Assembly: GCA_965235115.1 (NCBI GenBank)
Contig: OZ249445.1
Coordinates: forward strand, 19,096,001 to 19,160,000
DNA length: 64,000 nucleotides
DNA from: Laetmonice hystrix
Lineage: Eukaryota
Reading direction: 5' to 3'
The notes beneath the pieces were generated by a model that saw only the letters and a list, made by a program, of their open reading frames with translations, made no database searches and was not told the DNA's origin. Position numbers and translations under genes: made by a program. Positions within the stretch are counted from its first letter, which is position 1. Every line of letters starts with the position of its first letter. This document shows positions 39,941-54,800 of the stretch, piece after piece.

Positions 39941-40553
39941 AGCTGAGATCTATTTGTCTGGCTGACTGACCAAATTGACAGCCACTCCTACCGCCAGTCT
40001 CCTTTACAAAACGTTCACGGTTTCACACGTTGTGGCCATTACCATTTAAAACAAATCCGCCTTAAATCCATTCCAGGAGGTGGAATTCATTTATCCAGTT
40101 CGAATTACAAGTTCTACCAAACTGAAAAGAGCCCATCAGGGCCTTGTCTGGTGCCTTCCTCTAGTGTTAGCAAACAGTGTCTGGTCGTGGGTGATGCTGG
40201 GCACGGCCCAGACACAGAACAAAGTACCGGCCCGGCTCGGTCTCAGTGGACCAGCCCCTGGAGAACCGGGTGCTGGCTGACTTGGTGTGAGTCAGCCCCT
40301 CTCGTACCTCTCCGCCACCCTCCCCCACCCCGGGCCCAGACACCAGCCAACAAAGGGCCTGGTCCCAGCCACCTGACTGTGGATGAGCCGATTGGATCAT
40401 GGACGGACCGAGTCGGGAGATGAGATGATCCAGGGTGCCGGGGGTCCTCAACGTCCCGGGTTACAGAGTCCTTCATGTGGGTCAGTCAGGGACAGGGAGG
40501 GAGGGAAGAGTTGATCAATGGGGGATCAATGAGTACAGGGGACCGGCGTCTGC

Positions 40554-40574
40554 CAGCAGCAGCAGCAGCAGCAG
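40554..40574. repeat. (CAG)7 microsatellite
   Basis: Seven tandem CAG read directly. Confidence 0.9.
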
Positions 40575-43500
40575 TGGCTCCCCCTGTCCGTGAGTCCTGC
40601 TGCCATCCCTGTCCCATCCACAATCACAGAACATGACAACGACCGCGGTGCGATCAAAGGATGCACTGCCAGGCGGTCCAGGGACTCGCGAACCGTGTCC
40701 AAGACTCTCAACATTCACTGCTTGTTGAATTCTCAATTTGTTGAATGGCTCAAACTGCTACTACAGCATCACCAACTTAGATTGGAATGCACCATTCACA
40801 TGACAGAATGGTAAAGACGCAAGTCTGAATTTATCGTAACTGACAGCTGCAGTCTTCATTATATTCTATACGCTACCTCTTTCAGCAATAAAGATCACAA
40901 TTTGTGATCGCCTGCCAAACTGCTCAATCCAGTTGCATGCCAGAGGAATATAAATGAAGCAATATTAAATGGTTTTTCTTAATTCCAAAATCTCATTAGA
41001 TACAATTACGTCAGAATACACGAGCTTCTGCAATATAACATTTCCAGTGTTACCCTTTACGACATCATGAATATTGTCTTTCCTTGGTCAAACATGGACG
41101 TGCGCTCGGATTTCAACGTTTTTGCCATGATAACAAACCATCGAGTGGTGGAGAGCGGTTCGTACCCAAGGGCTGAAGATGATGACTTGACGTTGGAGAT
41201 GGCCAATATGAACGATGCCAGGCCGGGTACAAGTACTCCACACACCAGTCATTCACTCACAACTGACATGGTCCTCACATCCAGCCAGGCAGACACGTCA
41301 CGGGGAGGACTGGTGCTGAGGTTGGGACATCGCATGAGACAATGTCTTGGACTGCTAGGGCGGAGACTTTGACGATTACGTCGATATAGTCCTGACAAAG
41401 GACATCCTGTCACCATGACAGTGCTGGTGTCACCGCCGACTGAAGGTGACACTCTCCATACTGCAGGCATCGTGATGTTCTTGGTGGATAGGATGACTAG
41501 CGCTCAGCTGATGATGCTCAACCCTCATCCCATCCCCCACCATCCTCCCACTATCATCGACTCGGTCCCGTCCTACCCAGTACGCTTCCTTCACACTAAT
41601 GAGAACCTCCAAGATTAACACCTAAGTCTCATTACTCCCCACCGATATTAAACCAAACCACCGAAAAAAAATCCCTCTGGCTGAAAATAATCACTGGCGT
41701 GCTCACTTTCAGCAAATGACTTTTTTTTTCTTTCGCTGAAAGAAAATAGAAATGGGAGGATGAAAGTCAGACTGTTGGTAGGGTTGGAAGATACTCGGAG
41801 AGAAAGAGTTAGGGGAGCTGTCATTCAGGATTTTCTTCGAGGTAAAAGGATGCGTTCACTTGTCAGACTTGACAAGTCGATCGAATAACCAAACACAGCT
41901 TTCTGTCATGCAAATCTCAGTTTCTTTTTTCACAAAACAAGAACCAGAGTCCACGATTATTTGGAAAGATATCCAGTATTCAAATCAAGATGAATTGCAA
42001 GCCTGGACAACATAAATTCATTTCTGCAGTTCTAAGTATTATTCTTGAATTTTAGACTTGCCTATATATACAGCAGCTTTCTTGTTAATGTTCCATGAAT
42101 ACATTGAAAAGTGGCATTCACAGCTCTTCAAGCGTTCCCATTTATATATTACAAGTTACGCTCAGGTGAGTGAATACAACCGGAAATAGCCTCTATGTAC
42201 ATTTGATTCCAAGGTTTTTATTCAATTCATACGAGCGTAAGCAATATCTCTGGCACACCTCCTTACTTATAATGCCATTCCAACTTCTATACCTTATTAT
42301 GCCCACATCTGTATAAAATTCCCACTTAAAACAGCACCGTTTACTCCCAGGGTAACGAGCCTTTTGTGATGCACAAATCTTTATCCAAATTTAAACTCTC
42401 ATAATACTGTGTCCATGAACACCATTTCTCAGCTGATACCATATAAACTGCAAAACACACCGGCTGGGATGTGGACACATTCTGCCGCCTTTATTACCAT
42501 ATAGACGCGCTTTATCGACCGATATTCTCATGAATTCTCAATATTCAACACCACCATACCGTTCATGTCTTCAGGCAGTGGTTTGGTAACAAATATAATG
42601 AAGGCAATTCGTGTTGCAGACTGCTGCAATCGAGGACAAAATTGCGAATTGCATCCCAATTGCCTGGGCTGTCGGCAAGGAGCTAGAGGAAAGTCAGCTA
42701 TGTTCTTGCTCCACTAGGCGCCAGCAGTAATGGGATGGGGATGGGAGCAGTATAGCAGACAGCCATCATTATCCAATCCTAAACCGTCAACCTTTCTATG
42801 CATCAGAACCTGGGTGAAGCCCACTGCATCATCATCCAAATCCACCACAGATATGCTACAACAGGCAGAAAGGTTCCAAAAGAGTCTTGAAAAAGATCCA
42901 CTCTGTAACATCACAAAAGTGCTGGAAAGAAACTCAGCCATTTCTACTACCGTACATTCTCTGTTCCATTTGTTGGTTGTCATGTACATTGTTGACAATT
43001 ACATAAATCATTGCCACCGCTAATGTAAACAAAATTGGCGGCACCAATCCTTGATTCAAGTCTCTCTCCAGCACATTTCAATCTCAATGGAGAAATTCAG
43101 ATTACCAGTGGCAGCATGATCACTAAAGAGGCACAACTTGAAACGGATGTACAAGAAACATCCATTACTCAAACGACTCTCCACGTCTCAATGACACACA
43201 ACGGCTGCAGTCCTCAGGCAAACCTGACATGAAACGAAATGTTTACACTAGAAATAAAACAACGCCTAAGTCTATATTGCAAAAAAGATTTGCCAAAAGC
43301 CTTCATGAAAGTAATGCTGTTAGAAAATTCGATTGAAATATAAATTCTGCGGAATAAATTTTTCGATTTATTTACCTGTAACAATACCACTTCGAAGAAT
43401 TCAGTTAAAAAAAGAGAGCCTTTTACGTTGTCTTGCATGCATATCACTTAACTCTACACAAAACTGTTTCTTGACCTGGACCTCAATATTCCTGCTGGCA

Positions 43501-46500
43501 GTGCTGTAAGCTGATACAAACCACCCTTTCCCCCTACCCTCTCAGTCTCTACCCCACCCGCCGCCGTCCTAGCCTCAGAATACCATAGCGCACACTCAAC
43601 AGCTGGCGTCCTGCCTTCCCTTACGCAACACCGCCATCTCCCAAACAACAAGTTGGGATGGCGGGGTCCCATTATGTCCCCTCCCTCTCCCCTTGAGGCT
43701 TTCAAAGGCCAAATAACAGCTGGAACACCTTCACAGACAAACCCTTCGAGACTGACGTAATAATTCCAGTACTATTTCTGGACCAAAGCCTCCCCAATAA
43801 TTGCCCTAACGTACTTTCCATTCGGATGGAGCCTATCTATTTTCAGGCTTGGCGCTGAGGGAGAGAGTGGCGCGTGACTTATGGAGAAATGGTGAGAAAG
43901 GGGTGGGTACTGGAAAGCGCGTTTCCGGGGTCTAAATGAGACCCATTCAAAGTGGTCCATCCGTTGAAAAGGCCAAACTTAAAGTCAACGCTGATTACTG
44001 ATGAGTATCAAAGATTTCTATTAGCACAGAATGTGATTAAATTCTTTCTGCACGTCTGACTGCGGGCTGCGTATGAGCTGCTAATCACTGGTAGAGCTAC
44101 AAGCATCCACTGACGTCTTATCAATCTCTTTCATTGAAAAAAGATTTATGCTTAAACGGTTTCTATATACACCCTATCTATATCAAATATATCTCTTAGT
44201 AATCTAGCCAGTCACTCCAGCAGAATACATTCATGAAACACGCTACTGGATGAGCAATAATCAAACATTATTTGGCTTTCGTTCAGTTTGAGCACACTTG
44301 CCGATATCAGAATACAGAGTAAAACAATGAATCGATACAGGAACGGCTCCCTGCACATACAAACTGACTTACAATGGTCCAAGTCCGACAAGCTGCATCA
44401 ACGCGAGACAACGCCATATAAAACCAAAACTGATGGCCGCAGTCCATGCACCTATATCATTCGGCAACATCCCATCTTAAGTGCGGTTTCTTCTCATTGA
44501 ATACGTATACGTCATCACCATTCCCGACGGCGATTCAACCAGTTACACATAAAACAGATCGAGCTTGCTGTCGGTCTGCCTGGCAAGTCGTCTAACTCTA
44601 AGTCAGAGTTAGCGCGCTATAAAACGGTTTTCGCCTTTTGCCCATAAATGGCCAATGTCTTTTCTGTGAACCTTCTGATTGCTTCCTTCCCAGTAGCACA
44701 CTGTTAGATCATGATTATGCAAAGCCTTACCCCACACCAGCTGTGTGCAGCTGCATTTAATGAGTGCACTACACCGGTATCAAAAGTATTAGCCAACAAC
44801 ACGTTCTATTTTTATTAAATCTACTTTACATAATTTACATAATTCACTTTTTCCACGAGCGATGAGTTGCCTCTTCCTGCATTTCGGGTTCACTCTTATC
44901 ATACGATACCTGACACAACAGCCAACAGCAGAAAACATAGCAGGGAAGTATGTTCCTTGATTGATCCAATACATCAAAAATTTGAAATGTTTCTTTCAAA
45001 GAGGCCATTTCATGTAGAGGTAATGAAAACTATACCAAACTTGTTTGTGTTTGCGGTGAGAAATGGCGATAACTGCATACTGCCATTGTCTTCTTGTTCT
45101 CCTTGGAACAAAGGAGAAATGCGCTATCTATGTCTGAACTGAAGTAGGCATCACCGCGCATCTGCCGCGACTTTCTGCACAGATCGGATCAGGATCTTCA
45201 CGCTGGGTTTCCTTTGTGGTCTCCGAGAAGCCGTGGTGGCCGGCTCCTCGACAATAATTCATATCATCGCAGTGTCAACGGCATTTCGCTGTAATTCCGC
45301 GCTGCTGCCGACTGCCGTATTTATTCTGTAGATATCGGTGAATAATTCAATTACGTGGGGAGTGTCTCTGCCTCCCGCCCACCCTCCTGCCCGTGGTGGT
45401 GGCGGTGGTGGTGCTGGGGGGGGGGGGGGGGGGGGATCAGGGGTATCGTCCTAATGATCAACACAAATAGAATGATCTCACGCCGCCTGTCAACCACTCC
45501 TGCCCGTCTTTCTCAGGAATGAAGGAAATGTGAACGCGCTCCAAGAGGCCGTTTTTCCTACAGCAGTTAGCATTTGAGGCCTTCCACTGAACTCCGACCT
45601 CTTACTGGGACGTAGATTCACGTGAAGCACTTCAAACAGTTATTATCCACATGCAATGAAAATATCAACATTAATCTTAATAAATATATTTTAGGATAAT
45701 AAGACGAAGTTGAACCCCGTCAGGTTGGTAATATAAAAACACATTTCTTATTACAAGACGGTAGAAGTCGAAAAGTATATACATGTATTGAAACTATAGA
45801 CCGTGAAAGCCCATCTAATAAATCACCATTGCACCTGAAGCATTCATATGACGGTAGTATTTATCAAAGGTACATTGGCTACAATTGGAAAACGCCGGTA
45901 ACCGCGCCTTTCTTTTTATCTCGACGATGCATGCGTGTCTGCTGACACCTAAGACAGGCTGCATGTCTGAGTCACAAACTCAGGGTGAAGTGCCGATATG
46001 TTTGGCCTTGTTTGTACGCTACGAGGAACTACTCATCCTGAAACTGGAAGATTCAACTTCCAGATTAGAATTTTCTCTCCTAATGAATCCCATTGGACTA
46101 TCCAATCTTATTTTTCAACCCTTATTACATTCCATAGAACTAAGCTAGACAAAGGAGCCAAGCAAGAAGACCATAAGAATGGCATTCAGCGGTAAGCCTT
46201 CCACAGACTTCCAAGACATTTGAAATGAAAAATTAGCGTCATCTGTCATCTGCAAAGCCTTTGTTCCGTGAACAAACACGAGACAATGGGTCAGTATGAC
46301 TGATTCAACTTCTGCACGCTGAGGCGTGGATAGCTCAGGCTTAGAGACCAGAAAATATTTCTAAAACCCATACAGGTCTATAAACAAAAGGTTTGATTTT
46401 CTTAGCTGAACTCATTTTTCAATCAGCTGAGCTAGAAACGACCCTAAAATTAAATTCCTTAAAATTCTGTTAACGGTAAAGCCATCACCCACTTCACTTT

Positions 46501-49500
46501 TATACAATATAAAATTCAGAAAGGATGTCCTCCATGTGCAGGCAAGACTTTTGCCTTCTATGGCCATGTCCCTTGTAAAGCTGAAGTAGTAACGCCATAA
46601 AAAGCAACTTGCATGTTATCTTTACGACAAAAACAAAAACAAAACAAAAACAAACCAAAAAAAAACGACTTTGTTGATGCAATGCTATGGTTACCACTTC
46701 AAAAGACTTTAAATAATTCAAAGAAGCCCTGAGATATCCGATTATGAAAATGCTCTTCGTGCCTAGAAGTTCATCTGAGAGAAAGTCAGTCTCATAGTCT
46801 AGATAGTGCACAGAAAGATTTTGACATTTCTTAATTAACACACCACGTTTTTACGCCCCTCTTGTGTATTTCAGGTGAAAATAACTTTCCTAATTTTTCA
46901 CACATTGAAATAATATAATTTAGACATCCATGCAATTCCTTTGTTACTTTTCCTGTGGGCATTGACAAGTTTGGCTCTAGATGTTTTGCACTAAAAGACA
47001 CTGTAATGCACTAGATGACCTAATGAAACTGAAAGTCATAATCGGCCTCGACACAAAACATAATTAATGCCGCTCTGCAGAGTAATGATATGGGCAATAA
47101 ACTACAATGTACACGTGTCCGCTTCGCCACGTCCAAAACATCATTCTAACATAAACCTTGACTTAATTCAAGATTACAAACAGAATACAATCATGTGTAC
47201 ACTCCGAGGAAAACGCACCAGTATCTAGATAATATTATTGATTCCATCTGCAAATAGCTCCCTGGGGGTTTCAGAAGGCGTTTCTTTGATATCACATTCC
47301 TAAGCAAGATTTGCCTAGCGTAATAACTCTTCAGTGAATTCCTGTGCTATTGCGTCTACACAAGGGTTGGGGCTGCGATGACTCATAATCACTGTGGGAT
47401 CGTTTTTTTCCCTCGGCTTATTAAGCAACATCAGTTTGATATTGATTTCTGAGGCTGTCCTCATTACCAATGGCTATTCCCAAAGTGATGTGCTTCTCGT
47501 CTACAAAGAACATTACTTTCTACTTAGTCCTAATGAAATCTACATGTAGAAATCCTAGATTTATTCATTCTTTTCGCTGTCATACTAAGAATGAATTAAA
47601 ACATTTAGACGAGGTTCAGCAAAAGCTATGCTGAATACTGAAACTTTCGTACACTATCTCTCTTCACCCTTTATGCACTCTTCTAGCTCGTTCAGTAATA
47701 CATGTATAACCTGTACTGTTCATTACATGCATTTTTTTAGGCTTTTCTACAGTCAGACCCTGAATTTATTCGGAAAGGCATAAGCTCTTATCCTAAGAAC
47801 TCATACGAAGTTTTTCAGTTGCGAAGCATTACCTGTAGGTCTTCATGAGGCACACCAATTCTAATATAATTATGTCTCCAGATATACATGTACATGTATT
47901 ACCTTATACCACAACATACATTTTTCTCAGCCGACAGGGAGGCTCCAACTTTGACTGTGTCCGCTCCGTGACACCCCCACGGCACAGGCTTCACTCTGTC
48001 TATATCGATCATTTAGCTGTCCCTGAACGGAAGCAGAAGAAACGCCCATTTACCTTGTTAAACACCCGACAGACAGCTCCGTTTACAATATTGGACCAGC
48101 TCATGGCACATGAACGGTTCGTCCGCACTGGTAGGCATGTTTGACCATTGATCTGTCCTGCAGGCCATACACGCTCCAACATTGGTTTGACATCATGGCC
48201 AGGTAGTAGTAGCTCGATCACAATTAACACAGTTTCCCACTACATTGATTGTACATGTAATGTCCTCTCCCAACTCAAATCTGTGTGGTGGTATACCGGC
48301 GGCTGTTATACAAACAATCCTAACCCTTCAACCCTTCATCAGAGCACGTTATTAACACGTTATTCACATACTTCAACTGTAAATCCCCTCACTTGGCCCT
48401 TCAAAGTGTAATCCCGTTACCACTTTATTGGGTGACCAACCAAATCCTCTCCACTCGGACCAACACTGATGATTGCTTTGTAACGCCTCATCACCCCCCC
48501 CCCCCCCACTACACATCCCCAATAATCCAATCAGGAGTTACGTAACAAAGCGAGTCGGCCGCCCACAGTAACCACATGTCAACTAGTAGTTGTCGTATCA
48601 GTGTTCACATCTGCTGGCGGCCTGCCATCTGTAGTGTTGTCAGCTGCTTGGGTTACTACTTGACGTGTTGCGATCTCACACCTTCCAACCGGCCATAAAG
48701 ATCTAACACCGTGTGACTCAATCTGTAACTGGCTGCCCTCTGCCAGTCACTGCCACGGGATTCTATCAATATAGGATTCCTAGCCTCACCATTGAATCAC
48801 ATCCACATGTATACCAACCATCTGATTCAGTGTCTGAGTCTAAATTCAAACTGAACTTATTAGAGTAACAGGTTCATCTCGTATATCACACTTAGATAAC
48901 AAGAAAGAACCCATAGAATTCAGATTTGAATTTTTCTTGATGGGTCAGATTTGAGGTTTTCTTGGTGGTTTTGCCTGCTGGTAAGACTGAGCAAGAATTC
49001 CTAAAGTTCCTAAAGAGCACCTTATACTTCAACTACAAATTAGTAACTGATACATATATTCATAAAAGTGGATCTTATAATGTTGAGTGACAGCCTCTCA
49101 ATGCATATTTTCAGTAAAACAAGCACTTTCTCCCCACTATTTCAACAGGAGCTCTCACTTCCTTCACATGGATCATTTGGATTTTCTTTTACTTTAGTTT
49201 CTCAGCATCATCCAGTAGGAATCTCTAGCCCAGAATCAAGTGTACAAGAATTGGAGAGGGTGGTTTCAGTAGACAGAATGCCTTTGTATTGTCTTGTGTA
49301 CTGGCACCTTTGATGTCGTTTCTATAGAAAAGCTTTTCTCCTGAGATTCCAAAACCACCTGCTTGTTACAACGCCTTCCTAGAATTAGCGCCGCTCCCAG
49401 TCGCCTCATGCAAAGATGCTGCAGGTGTCAGTACAACCTTTGAAAATGTATCATCTTGTTTTTTTAACCTACAGGCTGTTGTTGCTTTGGATTAAAGAAG

Positions 49501-51754
49501 AGTTAAATATTTATGTACCCGATAATACAAAAGGCTTGAGGCTAAACCAAGGAAAACAAAAGTTCTGATAACAACTTCCAATAATGTAGTTAAATTTGTT
49601 TCTTTTTTCACTCCTCGTTGTTCTTAGAACTTGAATACTTCCATGTTTTTTATCGAGCAGAACGTGCCCAAGTCCACTGTCCACTGTTCTGTTACACTGA
49701 CTACAGGTAAAATGCAATCAAATCAGCGATTGGTTGCTACTAAATGTTAAATAAACAGGCATCAATACCTCAATAGCTTCAAGCGTGAATACCTCATAAA
49801 TAATAAATATTTCACATTTTACTCTGGACATGAAAAGTACATGTAACTAATGCATACATTGGTCTATCAATTTCAAACTTATCTCCAACAGTTTCTGTGT
49901 AATTCTAAGGACCCGACACAATGGACATTATATACAGTGACCGATATATCATCATCACAATGACAGGGCCAGCAGTGTTGTCAGACGGGGCCGTCTCTCC
50001 ATTGGTTCCACGAGTTGTCGTCCAGCCGTCCTCATTACATGTCCACCTGCTGATCCCTGCTCCGTGCCTGGTCCCTTCCACCATGGGGCCCGCCGACCTG
50101 CCCAGAGTTACTCCGACCCCCTCGCCGGGTGTCGGACCGGCCGCACAGGGCCCTCACCCCCGGCGGTCAGCTGGGGTCGTCGGGGTCGCTGTCCAGCGCC
50201 ACCCTTTTCATATAGCCTTTGACAGGTTCGGCACCTTTGAACCTTTTATTTCTGGGCCAGTCTCTGTGTCGGTTTGGTGATGGCTGACACCCCTCGTCTT
50301 GTGGAGATGTCAATATCCATCAGTGGACCCCAGGGGAAGCTGGGCCGTTGTAAACCTATTCCAACACTTTCAATGAGTGAAAGGAAGACAACGCTAGCTA
50401 CAACCCTGAATTAAATTTATAATTATATTATTAGTAAAATCAAGTCTTCCTAGCCTGTCAAAAGATAGCTTTTATACGATAGAATACTAATTTCTAAGTG
50501 CACAAAGTTACTTCGAATCTGGCATATAAATCACATAAATATAGCAGTGTAGCTCTTCACCAAAAGGTATTTTAATATCCTGATTCAAATTCGTCGAATT
50601 CTTTCAAGCATTTTACGGCTCAAAAACGGCCAGCAATACTATATATCCGTACAAACCAAAAACCAAAATTATATAAAGACTGGAGTATAAAGAGTTATTG
50701 TATCTGAGCCGCCTGTCCGATAGATCTTATTTCTGTCCATTCCGTGACACGTACATGTAGGACCTAGAACTGACCTACTGCTCCAGGCCTTACAATGACG
50801 ACATACTGCCAGCAAAACCTCCTGGGGACGACAGACTGCTTACATCTCTTTACCTCTCAGTCTGCAGTGGCTCCAAGGTGCAAAACAGTTTAACATAGAA
50901 AGAAACTAAAACGTCTGCTGAAAGCAGAGTTTGCTTTAGGACTACTTTGGCTCGCTTTGACCCATCCGTATTGAACTCGTCACTAAGCAATGCTTCAAAC
51001 ATTCCTCTGACGCGCTCGTGAGCCACACTCATGTGCAACCTTTTAGATTCGATTTTTTTCGGGGCCACAAATCCTTGATTAGGTCAAGCATTAATTTTCT
51101 TTGTGGCCAGCAAGATCAAGGCATCGCGTGTTTAGTTGCCTCTATCGTCAAGCATTATAAGGCTAAGTTCAGGTTTTAATAGAGAGACTGGCATGGCAAT
51201 GGTTTCATTAAAATGAGTTAATTAGAGTTCTGAGTATGTGTATTTACTCTGAGATGTCCATCCAATTAGATCAGTCCTAAGAGTTAATAAACATGTTACT
51301 GTAATGTTTCCAGGAAACTCACTTATTGGGTTCCTTGCATGAAGACAAAAAAAATACGTCATCTGAGTGGATATACATTATAGAATGGAATAAATATTCA
51401 ATTCAAATTGGGTACATTAAGGTATCAATTGTCAGAATAAATGTCTTTCTGGTTACAAATACAAGTAGCGGTAGTAATCAGGAGGGCAATCTGTAGCAAA
51501 GCAGTCCCTCCAAATTACCTTTCCGGAGCACGGGTATAATAGCTATTAGCTGTATATGTTTCTATGAATAATGTAGCTGTGAATACCATTTTGTGCATTT
51601 TAGACAGTCATCAAATATGTACATTTGATGGTAACGTCTATCGCAACCCTCCTGTACCAGAACTAAGGGTTTCCCTGGATGTCTTAGAAGATCCGTGTAT
51701 GCCGACTTCTACCGCCTTGAAAAACTGAAAATTTCCGTTGCGATCTCTATGCAG

Positions 51755-51836
51755 ATGACTGATGTTGTTATAGCCACATCCTACGACGCCATTAATGCAG
51801 TAATCAATAACAGCGGGAGTATACTCGGCTTGGCAG
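51755..51836 (+). CDS. Candidate exon, unknown protein
   Basis: Acceptor ATCTCTATGCAG, donor CAG/GTAATT. Single open frame MTDVVIATSYDAINAVINNSGSILGLA. An antisense frame is also open, so the strand is uncertain. Confidence 0.22.
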
Positions 51837-54800
51837 GTAATTCACGCCGGCAGCGCCGCAGTGCGGGGCCAGCACAATACACGGCTGGCTGGACAACCCC
51901 CAACAGGTGATCTATGGCTGTTATGACGTAATCACCTCACCTAAACCACACTGATCGGCTGGAGGTACCCCGGCTTCCATCCGCCGCCCTGCCCTCGCAT
52001 TTCACTTCAAAGGAACCTCAGCTCAACGTATACATATTTGACGAATATAATTTAAAATATATTGATTTTCAAGGAATCAACCACGGTTCCATGTTTCTTC
52101 AGGGTAATTCCCCTGAACCCCCCCCCCCGGTTTTTCTCAAAATGCTCAACCTTTGCTTTGTCAGTTGTGGGGCGCATGTACTGTGACCAGCTGCCCATTG
52201 GCATCAGTAAAAGAAAACGATCAGCTGCAGTCACCTGGAACGAATTGGTGTTGTAGTCACTACGCCCCATACCCCTATAACTCGGGGAACCGGGCGGCGG
52301 ACAATACCCTATCCCCCTCTAGAGATAAGAGAAACTACAATGTGGGGTGGCAATGTATCATTAGGGCCTTATGATACCCCCAGTGTTATCTGTTGCAGAA
52401 ATACTAGATCTATAGCCCATGGCAAAAGGTTCTCTTTTTCTGCTCTTTCTGAGATAACCAATTTATCATTGTGCTCTGTTCAGATCAAAGTCGTGCAAAA
52501 TACATGTTGTTTTGACAGTAATATATGCTGGCTACGCTTGCAAAATCCATTATCGTAGCATTTCGTGCTGCACCTCGTATGATGTGCAGTCTGGCCTGGA
52601 TGTTTCTACGTGCATGCATGCGTGGATTCGTCTGTGTCGAGGTACAAAACACTTAGGGCCAGGCATTCGGATACTGATACAAGCGCAGGGACATGCATGG
52701 CGGGACAGTGGGTCGTCTTTCTATCTGTACTTTACACCCCCACTCATTTGATAAAGCAACTGCGCCTCCCCCATCCACACCCAGGTACATAACCTTGGGA
52801 TGTGTCGACGTAACTTTCCCGGGCAGTTCTGAAGAACGCGCAGGGACTGATTTCCAGACAGACAAACCGACATCCACCTGGCCACTTCATTACTTAACCA
52901 CTCCTCACTGCAGCTAATAACACCAACAATGAACCGTCCCTACCTCATCAGATCCTTCTATTCATAGCACTGATCCAAGCCACACAAAGCCTGACCATCA
53001 ATACATAGCCTATAAACGGCAAATCCGATTAACAGTGCTAGTGTCTGTCACTAACCACAAAGAAACCGAGGATCACGACATGTTCTGAGCTTGCAGATGT
53101 CTGAAATCTCAATCACGGTGAAATCCAATCCAAGCAACATTTGGAAGGCATTTTACACTCTGCTGATACGACTGATCCCAATGTTGGCCTGATACCTTCC
53201 TACCAATGATGGCACTGACGTGTTCTTGACACGGGCGACAATATACTAACTGATCATGGCCATGCATGCACTGTCTCCGGATCCAGGGGCGCCCTGTTCA
53301 CGACGTCAGCTAACAGTTAACAACACCTCTTTGTGTTTTGTCAAAGACTAATACCTTCGCTATATCTTTATGTCCCCCCCCCAAATGGTGTTTTTTTCGT
53401 AATCTGCACAAAAACATGGTCTAAATGGGTTCTTTGTGAGGGAGGGACGGTAGTTTGTAATGTGTCCCTTTTTCACCCCTGTGTCGACCCGATACATTGT
53501 TGACCTCAGATTGAAGAGAAAAAAAGTTTTCAACAAAGATATATCAGCCGATCTTTTTTTTCTTAAAAGACTTATCTTTCTTTTCAGTGAATTTTTCTTG
53601 GATAACCTCCAGCAAAAACTTATTTCATTATACAAACCCATGTAAGTGCAGAGATCTACTAGTACTACTATGTATAAGATATCATTATCTGTGCGTGTGC
53701 CTGTTTCCATTCCTTAGCCTAGCCAGGGCTGTGAATTGGCATCATGATTTATTGTTTATAGCCACTCACCCTCCTCTGCCCACCTGCACCCTCCTCAATC
53801 TTGACCTACCGGTGACCCTTGTAGTAGAAAATTTAATCGGTTGCCGGTTGCCGTTGGGATGACTCCCTCTCTCCGCTCCCCCCATGTGTCTTGCAACCCC
53901 CTCTTGGAAGATACACCTGGCCATCATGGATCTGATTTTCACACTCACGATCCAAGGTAGCCAGGAATATGAAAAAAACAACCCCCGGCTCATCTGCCAT
54001 GGTTACGGCAAGAAATATACCCTAGAATTATACATGAGGTTGTTAATACAGTGTGGCTTCAAAGGAGGGATATTCAGTGGGGATTACAAGGAACAGATGG
54101 GCTCCTGGACTGGCAGTGGGGGATGGCTATTTGTGGACAGTGTTTCTCCCCCTTTTCTATTTCCGAAGAAGACCCACCTGTTAGTAAATGACCACATTAT
54201 CCTACACGCTCAAGGCCGAGATAAATCACACACACACAAAAATCCGACCTAATTTTCTCTCTTCTTGATTTAATACCCAGATTAAACCAGGAGGCACTGG
54301 TTATAACAGAGTTGCTTATCACTATTCCAATATTAGATACCTTTAGGGTAACCGCAGCGCCCCCTCCCCCTTTCGCATCCTTGACATAAGATCGCATGAT
54401 GGGGTTTTAATTACTCAACGTAAACGGGGGGGGGGGAATAACAAGGGGCCCAGAGAATATTCCTATAGACTATTACAACAATCTAGAACTGGAAAGGCGA
54501 ACTAATTCTAAGATAAGAATCTCACTGGTTGGGTAGGGGCACATAATATTATCCAAGTATGTAGTTGACATTACATCAGAAATAGATAAGGGCCTAACTG
54601 ATGAGGAGGTGGTCACCATTGTCGAGTTTACACACTTATCACAGAAGATTTTTGGGTCACATTCTAAGGATATGATCACATTTCTATCCTTGACAAGCTG
54701 AGAAATGGGAACGTTGACACTTATATTGCATGTACTGCTACTAGTGCTAGAGTAGAAGTCCCAGTCTTAGGAACTCAGCAACCCTTGACCCAGACTGCAT

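Noticed and set aside
41048-41600. Protein-like frames on both strands (VTLYDIMNIVFPWSN..., DYIDVIVKVSALAVQD...)
   Set aside because: Several mutually exclusive readings look equally plausible; not supportable without transcripts or homology.
49930-50290. GC-rich stretch, minus strand HRDWPRNKRFKGAEPVKGYMKRVALDSDPDDPS*
   Set aside because: Could be a terminal exon, but the acceptor and frame are ambiguous and no family is recognised.
53440-53480. KKGHITNYRPSL resembling the LINE RT KKG..NYRPISL motif
   Set aside because: Short isolated match with no other RT motifs in the flanks.
54471-54700. Plus frame with one internal stop (NLELERR...GHIILSKYVVDITSEIDKGLTDEEVV...)
   Set aside because: No start, splice support or recognisable domain.
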